From the IMG/VR virus record IMGVR_UViG_2885360797_000005: a stretch of 64,000 nucleotides of DNA. One strand, written 5' to 3'. The notes under the pieces are model-generated. The model saw nothing but the letters and a program-made list of their open reading frames with translations, did no database searches and was not told the DNA's origin. Numbering within the stretch: the first letter of the stretch is position 1; each line of letters opens with the position of its first letter. Below, in pieces: positions 1 to 8,867 of this stretch. This DNA comes from a virus. Its lineage: Duplodnaviria; Caudoviricetes. A program made the translations under genes and the position numbers.

Positions 1-91
1 TCTGCGCGGCCCAGTCCGCTGAACCTCTTGGGGGGTCAACTGGGGTGGCAGCTTGGCTCTGCTCATATTGTTCTTCAGTATATCCTGCCAT
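1..91 (-). CDS. 5' part of a hypothetical phage protein (MAGYTEEQYEQSQAATPVDPP...), truncated by the window edge
   Basis: ATG at 91-89, 13 nt after the stop of the 105..596 gene; open to the edge. Confidence 0.55.
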   Translation of the reverse strand, partial: MAGYTEEQYEQSQAATPVDPPRGSADWAAQ

Positions 92-104
92 ATGTCACAA
101 AGGA

Positions 105-596
105 TTAGAAAGCACCTGCTATGCCTGCGCCTGCCTGTGCCACACCCTGCACGGCTGACGAGATAGCCTCGGCCTTTTTCATTTCAAAATTGTTGAGCGC
201 GTCATTAATCTGCGCGTCACGTTGCTGATACGTTTGCTCGATCTGGTCTTTGCGTGCCTCTGCATTGACGGCAATCTGCGATGTGGCATCGGCGAGAGCC
301 TGATTGTTGGCGGCTTTGGCGGCCGCAACACTCTCTTCCGTTCCACCCATCACAGCCTGCGCTCCGGCGGCTTGTCGGTTGCGGTTACGGATTGATTCCT
401 CGGTTTTGGTTAGGATACGCTGTGCGTCCGCACGCTGGGTCGCGTCCTCATTATATCGGCGGTCATACCAGTCTTGGTTCGCCTGCTTCTGCTGTTGCAG
501 ATTCTTCTTGACCTTTTTCATTGCTTTGCTTGCCGAGATACCGCCGAAAATGCTCCCGACAGCCGACAAACCTGCGCCTACTAAACTTCCTATCAT
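105..596 (-). CDS. Putative phage internal virion/DNA ejection protein
   Basis: Gly/Ala-rich N-terminus (IGSLVGAGLSAVGSIFGG), Gln/Ala-rich coiled coil, GA-rich C-terminus, as in ejection/pilot proteins. Confidence 0.6.
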   Translation of the reverse strand: MIGSLVGAGLSAVGSIFGGISASKAMKKVKKNLQQQKQANQDWYDRRYNEDATQRADAQRILTKTEESIRNRNRQAAGAQAVMGGTEESVAAAKAANNQALADATSQIAVNAEARKDQIEQTYQQRDAQINDALNNFEMKKAEAISSAVQGVAQAGAGIAGAF

Positions 597-675
597 GATA
601 GCGATGTTTCAAAAGTTATAATTCGTGCGCTAATTTACAGCACTATCTTTGCAGGCAACTTTTAAGTTTTGTATC

Positions 676-1104
676 ATGGCAAAAGGTAAGAAAACAGGTG
701 GGCGACAAAAAGGTACGCCCAACAAGGAAAACCCTCTCAAAGGGTATCTTCGCGCTCATAGCCTCGCATACTTTGAGCCGCGTGTACAGACCGACCCCGT
801 AACTGGAGGATTGCGTGAGATTCAGCGTCAACGCCTCACGCAGGACGCCGAGGGAAATGTTTACAAGGTCATCGACCTTATTCCACTTACTGACTCCAAA
901 GGCAACCCTGTCACGATGTCAGACTTCGAGGCCGACATGATTGCGCTCAATCCCAACGAGCGTGTCAGCGCGGAACTGCGCCTGCTTGAGTTCCATACGC
1001 CGAAGATGAAAGCCGTTGAGGTGGATATGGAAGTACACTCGGCAGTCACCATTGAGGACAGATTGCGCGAACTCTGCGGAGAAACTGACGAGGAAGAGGA
1101 CTGA
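676..1104 (+). CDS. Putative terminase small subunit
   Basis: N-terminal KGKKTGGRQKGTPNK motif typical of TerS-like proteins; TATCTTTG promoter element at 644-651. Confidence 0.55.
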   Translation: MAKGKKTGGRQKGTPNKENPLKGYLRAHSLAYFEPRVQTDPVTGGLREIQRQRLTQDAEGNVYKVIDLIPLTDSKGNPVTMSDFEADMIALNPNERVSAELRLLEFHTPKMKAVEVDMEVHSAVTIEDRLRELCGETDEEED

Positions 1105-1190
1105 CGCGCCCGGCCGTCTATCCAATCTACTTTTAGACACAACCATAGGTTTTTGCTCATAGTGAATAACGTGAATAATTAATAAACTCG

Positions 1191-1226
1191 AAAGCGACCC
1201 GTCCGTGAGGATATGTCGCTTTTTTC
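1191..1226 (+). terminator. Intrinsic terminator
   Basis: AAAGCGAC...GTCGCTTT stem with inner GTCC-GTGA-GGAT hairpin, followed by a T-run. Confidence 0.7.
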
Positions 1227-1381
1227 TTCCACCGACACCGCCATTTCAATAACCGAGATAGAACCAAACGAAAACCAAAAGCAAACCAAAGTGTAACCAA
1301 ACACAAACCAAAACCTAACCAAAATATAACCTATGGTTTCCACCGACACCGCCATTTCAATAACCGAGATAGAACCAAACG
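1227..1381 (+). repeat. Perfect 44-bp direct repeat (1227-1270, 1338-1381) flanking ~11-bp-period AACCAAA iteron-like repeats
   Basis: TTCCACCGACACCGCCATTTCAATAACCGAGATAGAACCAAACG occurs twice. Confidence 0.9.
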
Positions 1382-1763
1382 CATACCTTCACGCGCGCGC
1401 GTGGGAATATCCTTTATGGAATTCCTCTATGGATTAGGACGTATATATTAAGTCGAATATATACTATGGATGTAGAAGAAAAATTTAAATCAAAATTTTT
1501 CTATGGAGTAGGAGTCGGAATATAGTTCGCTTCGCTCCGACGACGCCGACATTAAAAAATTTTTTTTGAAGATTTTTTTCTTTTGGCTGACGCGCCATAA
1601 CCTGCTCCGCAGAAAAGAGAAAAAGAAAAAAGTTCCGCGCAAAAAGAAAAAGAGAAAGCCCGGCTCTGCTGTGAAACAAAGTCGGGCGAAAAACAAAAGT
1701 TAAAAGGCAAGGGGGCCGGGGTGCGTGCTATCTTTGCAGGTGAAATTTCAAAATCATATAGCG

Positions 1764-1991
1764 ATGAATAGAAACTACAACTCAATCAAGGCTCTTGTTG
1801 GCGTAACCAACATCATCATCACTTCCGAACTTAGATACTCGGAGTTGCACGCCCTCGTTGAAAAATCTGCTGTCCTCGAAAATGGCATTCTCACAATCAA
1901 GGTCAAGGAATGCACCCTCGGCACTGAAGAGATAAACGCCCTTGCAAAACTGGGAGGAAAATATGTCGCATTTGATTTGACCGAATGCTAA
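1764..1991 (+). CDS. Small hypothetical protein (moron-like), convergent with the integrase
   Basis: 75-aa ORF with its own TATCTTTG element at 1729-1736. Confidence 0.55.
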   Translation: MNRNYNSIKALVGVTNIIITSELRYSELHALVEKSAVLENGILTIKVKECTLGTEEINALAKLGGKYVAFDLTEC

Positions 1992-3481
1992 AACCCTTTC
2001 CCTTTCGTGCGCTCATACACCGCCTCGCGGTCAGCGTCCACGTCCTTTATGCGAAACTGCACGGCACACCCGGTCGGGATTGTGTCGGGCAACTGCCCGG
2101 CAAGCCGGGCGATGACCTCATCAACGGTCCCGAAGCCGATGTCGCTGACCTCGGAAAGAACCTCTCCGCGAAAGTAGGCACGGGCATAGACCATCCGCTT
2201 GGGAGAAAGCCTGAACAACTTGTCGGCAGGCTCATCGACCCCTCGCGCCATTCCCTGCTTGCTCTTTGCCGTGGAGAAAAAGATAAAGTCAATCACTTTG
2301 GCATTCAACTCCCAGGCCGGAGTGAAATCAATCTTGATGTAGCCTCGCGTTATCGTATGCCCATGCGAATGATTCATACCAAACGCCACCTCCGCAATGC
2401 TCGCGCCACAGTCGTTCTGCGCCACAGTACCCCAAGTGTGACGGAACGTGTATGCGCTGTACCAACGCTCCTTCGGTATCCCCATGCTCTTGCAGAGCTG
2501 CTTTATGCCATTGTTCACATTCGCGTTGAACGAGTCCGAGGACGTGAACCGCTTGTGAAAGTTCAGCAAGTAGGGGTCGTCAGCCTCGGCCAGATATTTC
2601 TCAACTAAAGGCTGAATGATAGGCTCGACACGAATCTCAAAGTAAGCGTCATCGGCGCGGAACTTCTTCGTCTTGGCTCTCTTGTAGCAGATACAGCCGT
2701 TTCGGTAATCCTCCTTGCGCAGCTCGTAGATGTCGACCGTGTTCATGCCTGCGAGACACAGCACCATCTTCGCCACATCGCGCCCCAGTTCGGGCAACGG
2801 ATCGACCATGCGTGTATCCGGGAGAGGTGCGGTAAAGAACAGCCTGCAATCCTCCGGGCTAATAGCTTTCTTGACCGTGCGGTCACTCTGTGGAATCTTT
2901 ACCTTTCCCCACGGATTGACCTTTATGCGCAGATTGCCGTTGTCATAGTCATTGTACTCCTCAACCGCAGCCTTGAACACCTGCCTCATACACACCGGGT
3001 ACATCTCCTTTGCCCTGTGCGTATGCTCCAGCGACTGAATCCACCTCGTTATCTGCGTTGAGGTAAGTTGCGCGAACATGATTTTGTTCGTGCCATAGAA
3101 CCGCTCCATGTGTCCGAGAGCCTGCCGATAGTTCTGCGCCGTGCGCAACTGGTACCGGTCCACCATGCGGTCGATATGGTGGCGTGCGTAGTCGCTGAAG
3201 CAGATGTCAGCGTCACCTTGTGTCACATACTCGATAATCTGACGTACTGTCCACTTTGCGCAATCCTTGCGGTTGAGTTTGTCAGTATAGAGCAATATCA
3301 TTCTCGCACAATACTCGTTCACGAAAGGGTCATTGATATTGCCGTGCTTGTCCACCATCTGCTTGGTGACAATCTTGTCGGTCTTGATATATCCCGGCTT
3401 GGTGTTCTGTGTCACCCGAATATAGACCTGATAGAACCCGTCCTTGCGCGGAGTTCTTACAACTGCTTTGAATGTTGCCAT
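1988..3481 (-). CDS. Tyrosine recombinase/phage integrase with a C-terminal extension
   Basis: Arm-binding-like N-terminus, SAM-like domain, YKRAKT, YTFRHTW, MNH and GY catalytic motifs. Confidence 0.93.
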   Translation of the reverse strand: MATFKAVVRTPRKDGFYQVYIRVTQNTKPGYIKTDKIVTKQMVDKHGNINDPFVNEYCARMILLYTDKLNRKDCAKWTVRQIIEYVTQGDADICFSDYARHHIDRMVDRYQLRTAQNYRQALGHMERFYGTNKIMFAQLTSTQITRWIQSLEHTHRAKEMYPVCMRQVFKAAVEEYNDYDNGNLRIKVNPWGKVKIPQSDRTVKKAISPEDCRLFFTAPLPDTRMVDPLPELGRDVAKMVLCLAGMNTVDIYELRKEDYRNGCICYKRAKTKKFRADDAYFEIRVEPIIQPLVEKYLAEADDPYLLNFHKRFTSSDSFNANVNNGIKQLCKSMGIPKERWYSAYTFRHTWGTVAQNDCGASIAEVAFGMNHSHGHTITRGYIKIDFTPAWELNAKVIDFIFFSTAKSKQGMARGVDEPADKLFRLSPKRMVYARAYFRGEVLSEVSDIGFGTVDEVIARLAGQLPDTIPTGCAVQFRIKDVDADREAVYERTKGKGF

Positions 3482-3607
3482 TTACGTTTGTAATTATGTT
3501 TGTAAATTCTTGTAAGTGCCTTGCTCGAATGATATAGCCGATTTTGTAAGTTTTGCCGACACATTCTGCATGATTATCGTGCAGAATGTACGAATCTCCC
3601 AAGCGCA

Positions 3608-3652
3608 ACTTAGGCGGTAAGCTCCTTTTTATCGGAGCGTTACCGCCTAAGT
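3608..3652 (-). terminator. Strong hairpin downstream of the att/ppdK-like 3' end
   Basis: ACTTAGGCGGTAA...TTACCGCCTAAGT perfect 13-bp stem plus inner GCTCC/GGAGC stem. Confidence 0.75.
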
Positions 3653-3674
3653 ATCGGATTACGTTAAGTTACGC

Positions 3675-3698
3675 TTACTCTTCGATGGCAGCCTGCGC
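3675..3698 (-). other. Attachment site copy 1: orphan ppdK-like 3' end (AQAAIEE*)
   Basis: Reverse complement reads GCG CAG GCT GCC ATC GAA GAG TAA, matching the PPDK C-terminus RLAAAQAAIE; adjacent to integrase and TGTAAG arm-like repeats. Confidence 0.7.
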
Positions 3699-3792
3699 CC
3701 TTTCGATATAAACTTAACAATCAAACACTTGACTTTTTGGTGTAAGCCTACAGTAAGCGAATATTTGTTTAATGTTTATCTAATTGAAGAAC

Positions 3793-3821
3793 TTAATCTT
3801 CGAGGGCGGCTTGGGCCGCAG
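3793..3821 (-). other. Attachment site copy 2: orphan ppdK-like 3' end (AAQAALED*), probable ICE boundary
   Basis: Reverse complement reads GCG GCC CAA GCC GCC CTC GAA GAT TAA; arm-like TGTAAG/TGTAAA repeats at 3858-3876. Confidence 0.7.
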
Positions 3822-4003
3822 TAATATGGTACTAATATACAGAAACTTACATCTTATATGTAAGCGTTTTGTAAACACCACATAACAACAAAATCCCTTT
3901 GCATCTAAGAATGAAATGACGAGTTTAGTGCTAAAAAGACCCTGCTTTTTCGTCATTAAAGCGACTCATTCATCATTCAATGGCAACATTAATTTCTAAT
4001 TCT

Positions 4004-4465
4004 TTATCTCCTTTCTTTTAATAGTTCAATGATAGCGTCCTTATCCTTTAAGTTGGAGTCAAGACGATTTATTTGTGCATTAAGACTATCAATCTGCTCC
4101 TTCAAGAGCTTGATGGTCTCTTTTAGATTTTCTGTATTTGATTGTTCTTTCTCCAGTTGAACTGCAAGTTCTGCATTACCTATTATATTATGGGCGTTTC
4201 CCTGTAATGAGACTGCCCCCCAATTAGCGGAAATCGGTTGCGGAATAGGACAGAACAAAGAGAAGAAATTACAATCCAAAGCCTCACTCACCTTGACGAG
4301 ACGGTTTGTTTCCATGGTCTCCCTCTCCAAGATGCGATTTACGTGCTGTTGTGGTACGCCAATCCTGCGCCCCAACTCGGATTTGGACAACCCAAGTTCG
4401 ACACGCCGTTTCTCGATTTCTGCACCCACATGCACGTGCTTGATGCTTATTTCCATAGGTTTCAA
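4004..4465 (-). CDS. XRE-family HTH repressor with C-terminal coiled coil
   Basis: IEKRRVELGLSKSELGRRIGVPQQHVNRIL HTH_3 pattern. Confidence 0.85.
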   Translation of the reverse strand: MKPMEISIKHVHVGAEIEKRRVELGLSKSELGRRIGVPQQHVNRILERETMETNRLVKVSEALDCNFFSLFCPIPQPISANWGAVSLQGNAHNIIGNAELAVQLEKEQSNTENLKETIKLLKEQIDSLNAQINRLDSNLKDKDAIIELLKERR

Positions 4466-4505
4466 TCATTAAATAGAGATTAAACCAAAAAATATCAAAT
4501 ATTTA

Positions 4506-4597
4506 TTTGGCTACCTAAACATTATTGTGTTACTTTGCAAGCGTTATACACTTGATTAGTATATGCAAAGTTAAACATTAAACATTAAACAACCAAG
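4506..4597. promoter_or_regulatory. Face-to-face promoter pair with TAAACAT operator-like repeats
   Basis: + strand TTTG(4506)-N20-TTACTTTG(4530-4537); - strand CTTG(4597-4594)-N20-TAACTTTG(4573-4566). Confidence 0.6.
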
Positions 4598-4601
4598 TAT
4601 T

Positions 4602-4793
4602 ATGGCAGAAATTATTGTAAAAATCCGTCCCGCCCTCACTGCGCTCAAAATTGGAGAGTCCATCACTTTCCCTATTTCCAAGTTGAAAAGTGTCCGCACC
4701 CAAGCCTCTGAACTGGGAGCCATTTACAACCGGCAGTACAAGACTCAGACCAACAGGGAGAATATGACTATCACCGTGAAGCGTATTGACTAG
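4602..4793 (+). CDS. Small DNA-binding (Cro-equivalent) protein
   Basis: 63-aa basic ORF divergent from the repressor. Confidence 0.7.
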   Translation: MAEIIVKIRPALTALKIGESITFPISKLKSVRTQASELGAIYNRQYKTQTNRENMTITVKRID

Positions 4794-4806
4794 CCGGTTT
4801 AATTAT

Positions 4807-5121
4807 ATGGATATTAAAATACTCCAAGTCTTAGACCGTTTGATTCCATACGACACCTTTCTGAATGACCTCGCGGCCAGAATTGTCAAGATGATGAAGG
4901 CTGACAACAACGACCCTGAATTTGTTAGCCAAAGAAAGGCATACGAGCTGTTTGGACGACGCAATGTAGAAAGATGGAAACGGCAAGGAAAAATAGAATC
5001 CTATAAAAGACCGGGAAAGGTGGAATACAGGACTTCCGACCTCCGCCTTTTGCAGCGTACCACCCAGGATTACTTCAAGACTCCTCCTTTAAAGAACAAC
5101 AGGAAGAACCCCGAAAAGTAA
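4807..5121 (+). CDS. Excisionase-like winged-helix protein
   Basis: VSQRKAYELFGRRNVERWKRQGKI, an Xis/HTH_17-like pattern. Confidence 0.7.
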   Translation: MDIKILQVLDRLIPYDTFLNDLAARIVKMMKADNNDPEFVSQRKAYELFGRRNVERWKRQGKIESYKRPGKVEYRTSDLRLLQRTTQDYFKTPPLKNNRKNPEK

Positions 5122-5212
5122 ACACTATTATGGCTATATATAAGAAAAGCCCATATAATAATATCCATATTTGATATGGAACAATACAAATAAACTGATT
5201 GGTAAGCATATT

Positions 5213-5416
5213 ATGAAAGAAGTAATGCCAACTTGCAATCCTAACGGTGTTTATTCGGTAAAACGAACTTGTGCCGAACTGGGCATAAGCCATAAGACCC
5301 TTCATAAATATAGGAACAATGGTTATATCAAGCCATTGAATCCCCAAAACATTTACCGTCCCAAATACTCCGGCCAATCCATCATAGATTGCTGGAACCT
5401 CATGAAAACAATATGA
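5213..5416 (+). CDS. Excisionase/MerR-like HTH protein
   Basis: YSVKRTCAELGISHKTLHKYRNNGYI; stop overlaps the primase start. Confidence 0.75.
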   Translation: MKEVMPTCNPNGVYSVKRTCAELGISHKTLHKYRNNGYIKPLNPQNIYRPKYSGQSIIDCWNLMKTI

Positions 5417-8400
5417 TTAGCGACTCCACCATCAACCAGGTCAGGAATCTTACCATTGAGGATGTCCTTCGTCCATACGTCAAACTTTCAAGGAAAGGTT
5501 CGACATTGATGGGACTTTGCCCTTTTCATCAGGAAAAGACAGGCTCGTTTGCGGTTACGCCAGCCAAAAATCTATTCCATTGTTTCAGTTGCAACCGTGG
5601 TGGGGATGCCATCACTTTCATCATGGAGAAGGAGAACCTCTCCTTCATGGAAGCCGTGGAGTTCATCGCCAGGCACAATAACATTGCCATTGAATATGTC
5701 CGGGAAGAAAAGAATGAGGAGCAGATAGCCGAGGCCAGACACAGGGAATCCCTCCTTGTTATTCTCGACCACCTGCAAAACTATTTCACAGAAAACCTGA
5801 GAATGGCAGACAATGCGGAGTGCAGGATGGCACGTGACTATGCCTATGGAAGATGGCCGGAGGAGTTTTGTTCTGTAAGCGGTATCGGATATGCTCCAAA
5901 GAATGGCAGCGACTTTATAGAGTATTGCCGTAAGCTTTCGCTTAACGAGGAACTGTTATTCGAGTTGGGTATGCTCAAAAGGGCGGAAGATGGTAGCACA
6001 TACGCCATGTTTCGCCAACGAGTCATGATACCCATCCGCAATCGTTGGGGACGAATAATCGCTTACACCGCAAGATACATAGGAACTAATCCCCAAGCCC
6101 CCAAGTATATCAATTCATCCACAAGCATTGTTTATTCAAAAGGAGAGACCATCTTCGGCATAGACAGAGCCAGCCGCCAAAGGAACGCCGACTATTATAT
6201 AATAGTAGAAGGTGCACCGGACGTATTGAGAATGCAATCCGTTGGATTCGAGAACACCGTGGCGGCATTGGGCACCGTATGGACGGAAAGCCAGTTTGAG
6301 CAACTAAAGAAGTACACCAACTCCCTCTGCTTCATTCCGGATTCGGATATAACCGAGGGAAAAGCGTTTGGCCCGGGTTTTGAGGCCGTGATGGAGAATG
6401 GATCTGCTGCCCTCAAGAAGGGATTTCATGTGACGGTCAGGGAACTTCCATTTGCGACAGCACCCATAGAAGATGACGAAGGACTATCTGAACCGGATTC
6501 TGGTTACGAAACAGACTTAAAAGCGACAAAAGTCATCAAGAATGATGCGGACAGTTTCATTCGCTGCAAAGAAGATTACATCTCACTTGTAGAAAAACAT
6601 TTCATCACTTGGCTGGCTCAAAAACGATTCTATATCGCCTCTTCATTAGTTGAAGAACGTAAATGCGTTTCAGAGATAGCCGACCTCTTGCGCTATATCA
6701 AAGACCAGTTGGTATTTGACCAGTGCATCGAACAACTGGCCAAAATCCACGGCAAGGCAAAACTATGGAGGGATGCCGTAACACAGGCACGTGGCGAGGC
6801 AAGAAAAAGGAATGACCGTATCTCCTCCATGAACGACATGCAGCGTGAAGCGGAATTATTGCGCCAGTTCGGACTCTATATCCGTGAGAACTGCTATTAT
6901 TCCGTTGGTAATGAAGATGAAGACCCGTCCAGAATATCTAACTTCATCATGGAGCCATTATTCCACATTGAGGACGAGAACAACGGCACACGTATCTTCA
7001 GAATGCGTAATACTTATAATATCTGCAGAGTCATCGAACTCCGGGAATCTGAAATGTGCTCATTGAGCAACTTCCAGCAGAAGGTCGGCTCACTGGGCAA
7101 CTATGTATGGCTTGCCAAGATTGATAAGCTCAACCGGGTCAAGGAATACCTGTATTCCAAAACAGACACAGCCGAGCGCATCCGCAAGCTGGGCTGGAAC
7201 GGCAATGAGAATTTCTTTGCCTTCGGCAATGGGATTCTGACCGATGGAGTTTTTAAGGAAGTAAATGAATTGGGTATCGTAAAAAGCCCAAACGGAAAAG
7301 CATTTTATATTCCGGCCACCTCAAAAATATACATCCACAATCAGGAAATCTTCCAGTTCGATCGGTTGATGATACACGAGAACAGAAACGGAGTGAAGCT
7401 ACACGGCTTTGCATCCAAACTGATGGACGTGTTCGGTGAGAACGCTTCCATAGCCTTGTGCTACCTCTTCTCCACTCTTTTCCGTGACATCATTTTCAGA
7501 CGTACCCGGCATTTCCCGATACTCAACCTGTTCGGAGAGAAAGGAACGGGCAAGACCACCTTAGCCACTTCCCTCCAGTCCTTCTTCCTGCACGGAGTAG
7601 ATCCGCCAAACCTCGGTGTGACCTCCGTGCCGGCAATGAACGACCGGGTATCACAAGCCGTAAATACGCTTGTGGTACTTGACGAGTATAAGAACGACCT
7701 CGACATACGAAAGATAGCCTACCTCAAAGGACTATGGGGAGGTGGTGGCCAGACCAAGAAGAACACCAGTACGGACGGGATGGCTACCCAAACCATCGTG
7801 ACCACAGGCGTGGCACTTTGCGGGCAGGATAAGCCCACGCAAGATATGGCACTCTATACCCGTGTCATATTCCTGGCTTTCTCAAAGACCTCCTTCAATC
7901 AGACAGAGAAGAAACACTATGAGGATTTGGTATCACTCTGCAATTTAGGCCTAACACATCTGACAGTAGAGATACTGAATCACAGAGAACTCTTTGAGAA
8001 AAACTTTCCTGAAACATACGCCATCACCAAACGGGAACTGGCTACGAAGTTGGAGAACGAAACCATCCACGACCGCATCTTTGGGAACTGGGTCATACCA
8101 TTGGCCACGTTCCGCACGTTGGAAACGGTAGTAGATGTACCATTCAGTTATACCGAACTCTTTGAGACCGCCATCAAGGGAATACGCAATCAGAACGAGT
8201 TAGCCCAGGAAAGTTCAGAGATAGCCGACTTCTGGAATATACTCCAAGGCTTCCAGACATCAGGGAAATGTATTGACCGGGCGCATTACCGCATCCGCTA
8301 TATGAAGTCATTCCGTCCCATATCAGCCAAAGAGGACATCGAGTTTCAAGAAGCCCGACCTATCCTTTATCTGAATATGGCAGCCATATCTTCACTGTTC

Positions 8401-8721
8401 AACAGCCGGAACATGAATGCGACCGCCAACCGTTCCAACTGGTCCACCATCATGTCGTACTTGAAATCCCATTCTTCATACTTGGGATTGAAGCAAGACC
8501 GCTTTACTATCCTGCTGCCAACTGGCTTACCGGATTTTACCATTGAAGTGATAGGCAACAACCAAACTGTTAAGAAGGTCAAGGTCAATCGTCCAAAGGC
8601 GTTATGCTTTGATTATCTGCAACTGAAAGAGATGTTCGGATTGGATTTGGAAACAGAAATGGTAACGGATGATGTGGATTTTCAAGAGGAGAATACTGCA
8701 ACTCATAATAATCCCACTTAA
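5413..8721 (+). CDS. DNA primase-helicase fusion (CHC2 zinc finger, DnaG core, TOPRIM, C-terminal P-loop NTPase)
   Basis: CPFH...CFSC, PKYINS, VEGAPD, IPDSD, Walker A GEKGTGKT, Walker B VVLDE. Confidence 0.92.
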   Translation: MISDSTINQVRNLTIEDVLRPYVKLSRKGSTLMGLCPFHQEKTGSFAVTPAKNLFHCFSCNRGGDAITFIMEKENLSFMEAVEFIARHNNIAIEYVREEKNEEQIAEARHRESLLVILDHLQNYFTENLRMADNAECRMARDYAYGRWPEEFCSVSGIGYAPKNGSDFIEYCRKLSLNEELLFELGMLKRAEDGSTYAMFRQRVMIPIRNRWGRIIAYTARYIGTNPQAPKYINSSTSIVYSKGETIFGIDRASRQRNADYYIIVEGAPDVLRMQSVGFENTVAALGTVWTESQFEQLKKYTNSLCFIPDSDITEGKAFGPGFEAVMENGSAALKKGFHVTVRELPFATAPIEDDEGLSEPDSGYETDLKATKVIKNDADSFIRCKEDYISLVEKHFITWLAQKRFYIASSLVEERKCVSEIADLLRYIKDQLVFDQCIEQLAKIHGKAKLWRDAVTQARGEARKRNDRISSMNDMQREAELLRQFGLYIRENCYYSVGNEDEDPSRISNFIMEPLFHIEDENNGTRIFRMRNTYNICRVIELRESEMCSLSNFQQKVGSLGNYVWLAKIDKLNRVKEYLYSKTDTAERIRKLGWNGNENFFAFGNGILTDGVFKEVNELGIVKSPNGKAFYIPATSKIYIHNQEIFQFDRLMIHENRNGVKLHGFASKLMDVFGENASIALCYLFSTLFRDIIFRRTRHFPILNLFGEKGTGKTTLATSLQSFFLHGVDPPNLGVTSVPAMNDRVSQAVNTLVVLDEYKNDLDIRKIAYLKGLWGGGGQTKKNTSTDGMATQTIVTTGVALCGQDKPTQDMALYTRVIFLAFSKTSFNQTEKKHYEDLVSLCNLGLTHLTVEILNHRELFEKNFPETYAITKRELATKLENETIHDRIFGNWVIPLATFRTLETVVDVPFSYTELFETAIKGIRNQNELAQESSEIADFWNILQGFQTSGKCIDRAHYRIRYMKSFRPISAKEDIEFQEARPILYLNMAAISSLFNSRNMNATANRSNWSTIMSYLKSHSSYLGLKQDRFTILLPTGLPDFTIEVIGNNQTVKKVKVNRPKALCFDYLQLKEMFGLDLETEMVTDDVDFQEENTATHNNPT

Positions 8722-8867
8722 AAATGCCAATTCTAAGCAAAAACGCCAAACCAATAGCCACTAAACATCATATTAGCTTTGCAAATACGCATTTCTTATG
8801 TAAATATCACAATCTAATAGATGAAATACCGTTTATTTTATGTAACTTTGCCTCAAAAGTAAATGAC

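Larger units (their letters stand above)
1..3700. mobile_element. End of a prophage (continues beyond the left edge), bounded by the integrase and att site
   Basis: TerS-like gene, virion-like gene, rep-gene relic, tyrosine integrase next to an att-like duplication. Confidence 0.7.

Noticed and set aside
1227-1381. Possible CRISPR array
   Set aside because: Only two repeats, a low-complexity 67-bp spacer and no cas genes
1985-2608. Long antisense ORFs (also 32285..33013, 34722..35468, 42215..43057)
   Set aside because: Shadow frames opposite well-supported genes
8724-8867. N-terminal extension of the RloA-like ORF
   Set aside because: It contains the TAACTTTG promoter element; the family-like sequence starts at 8868
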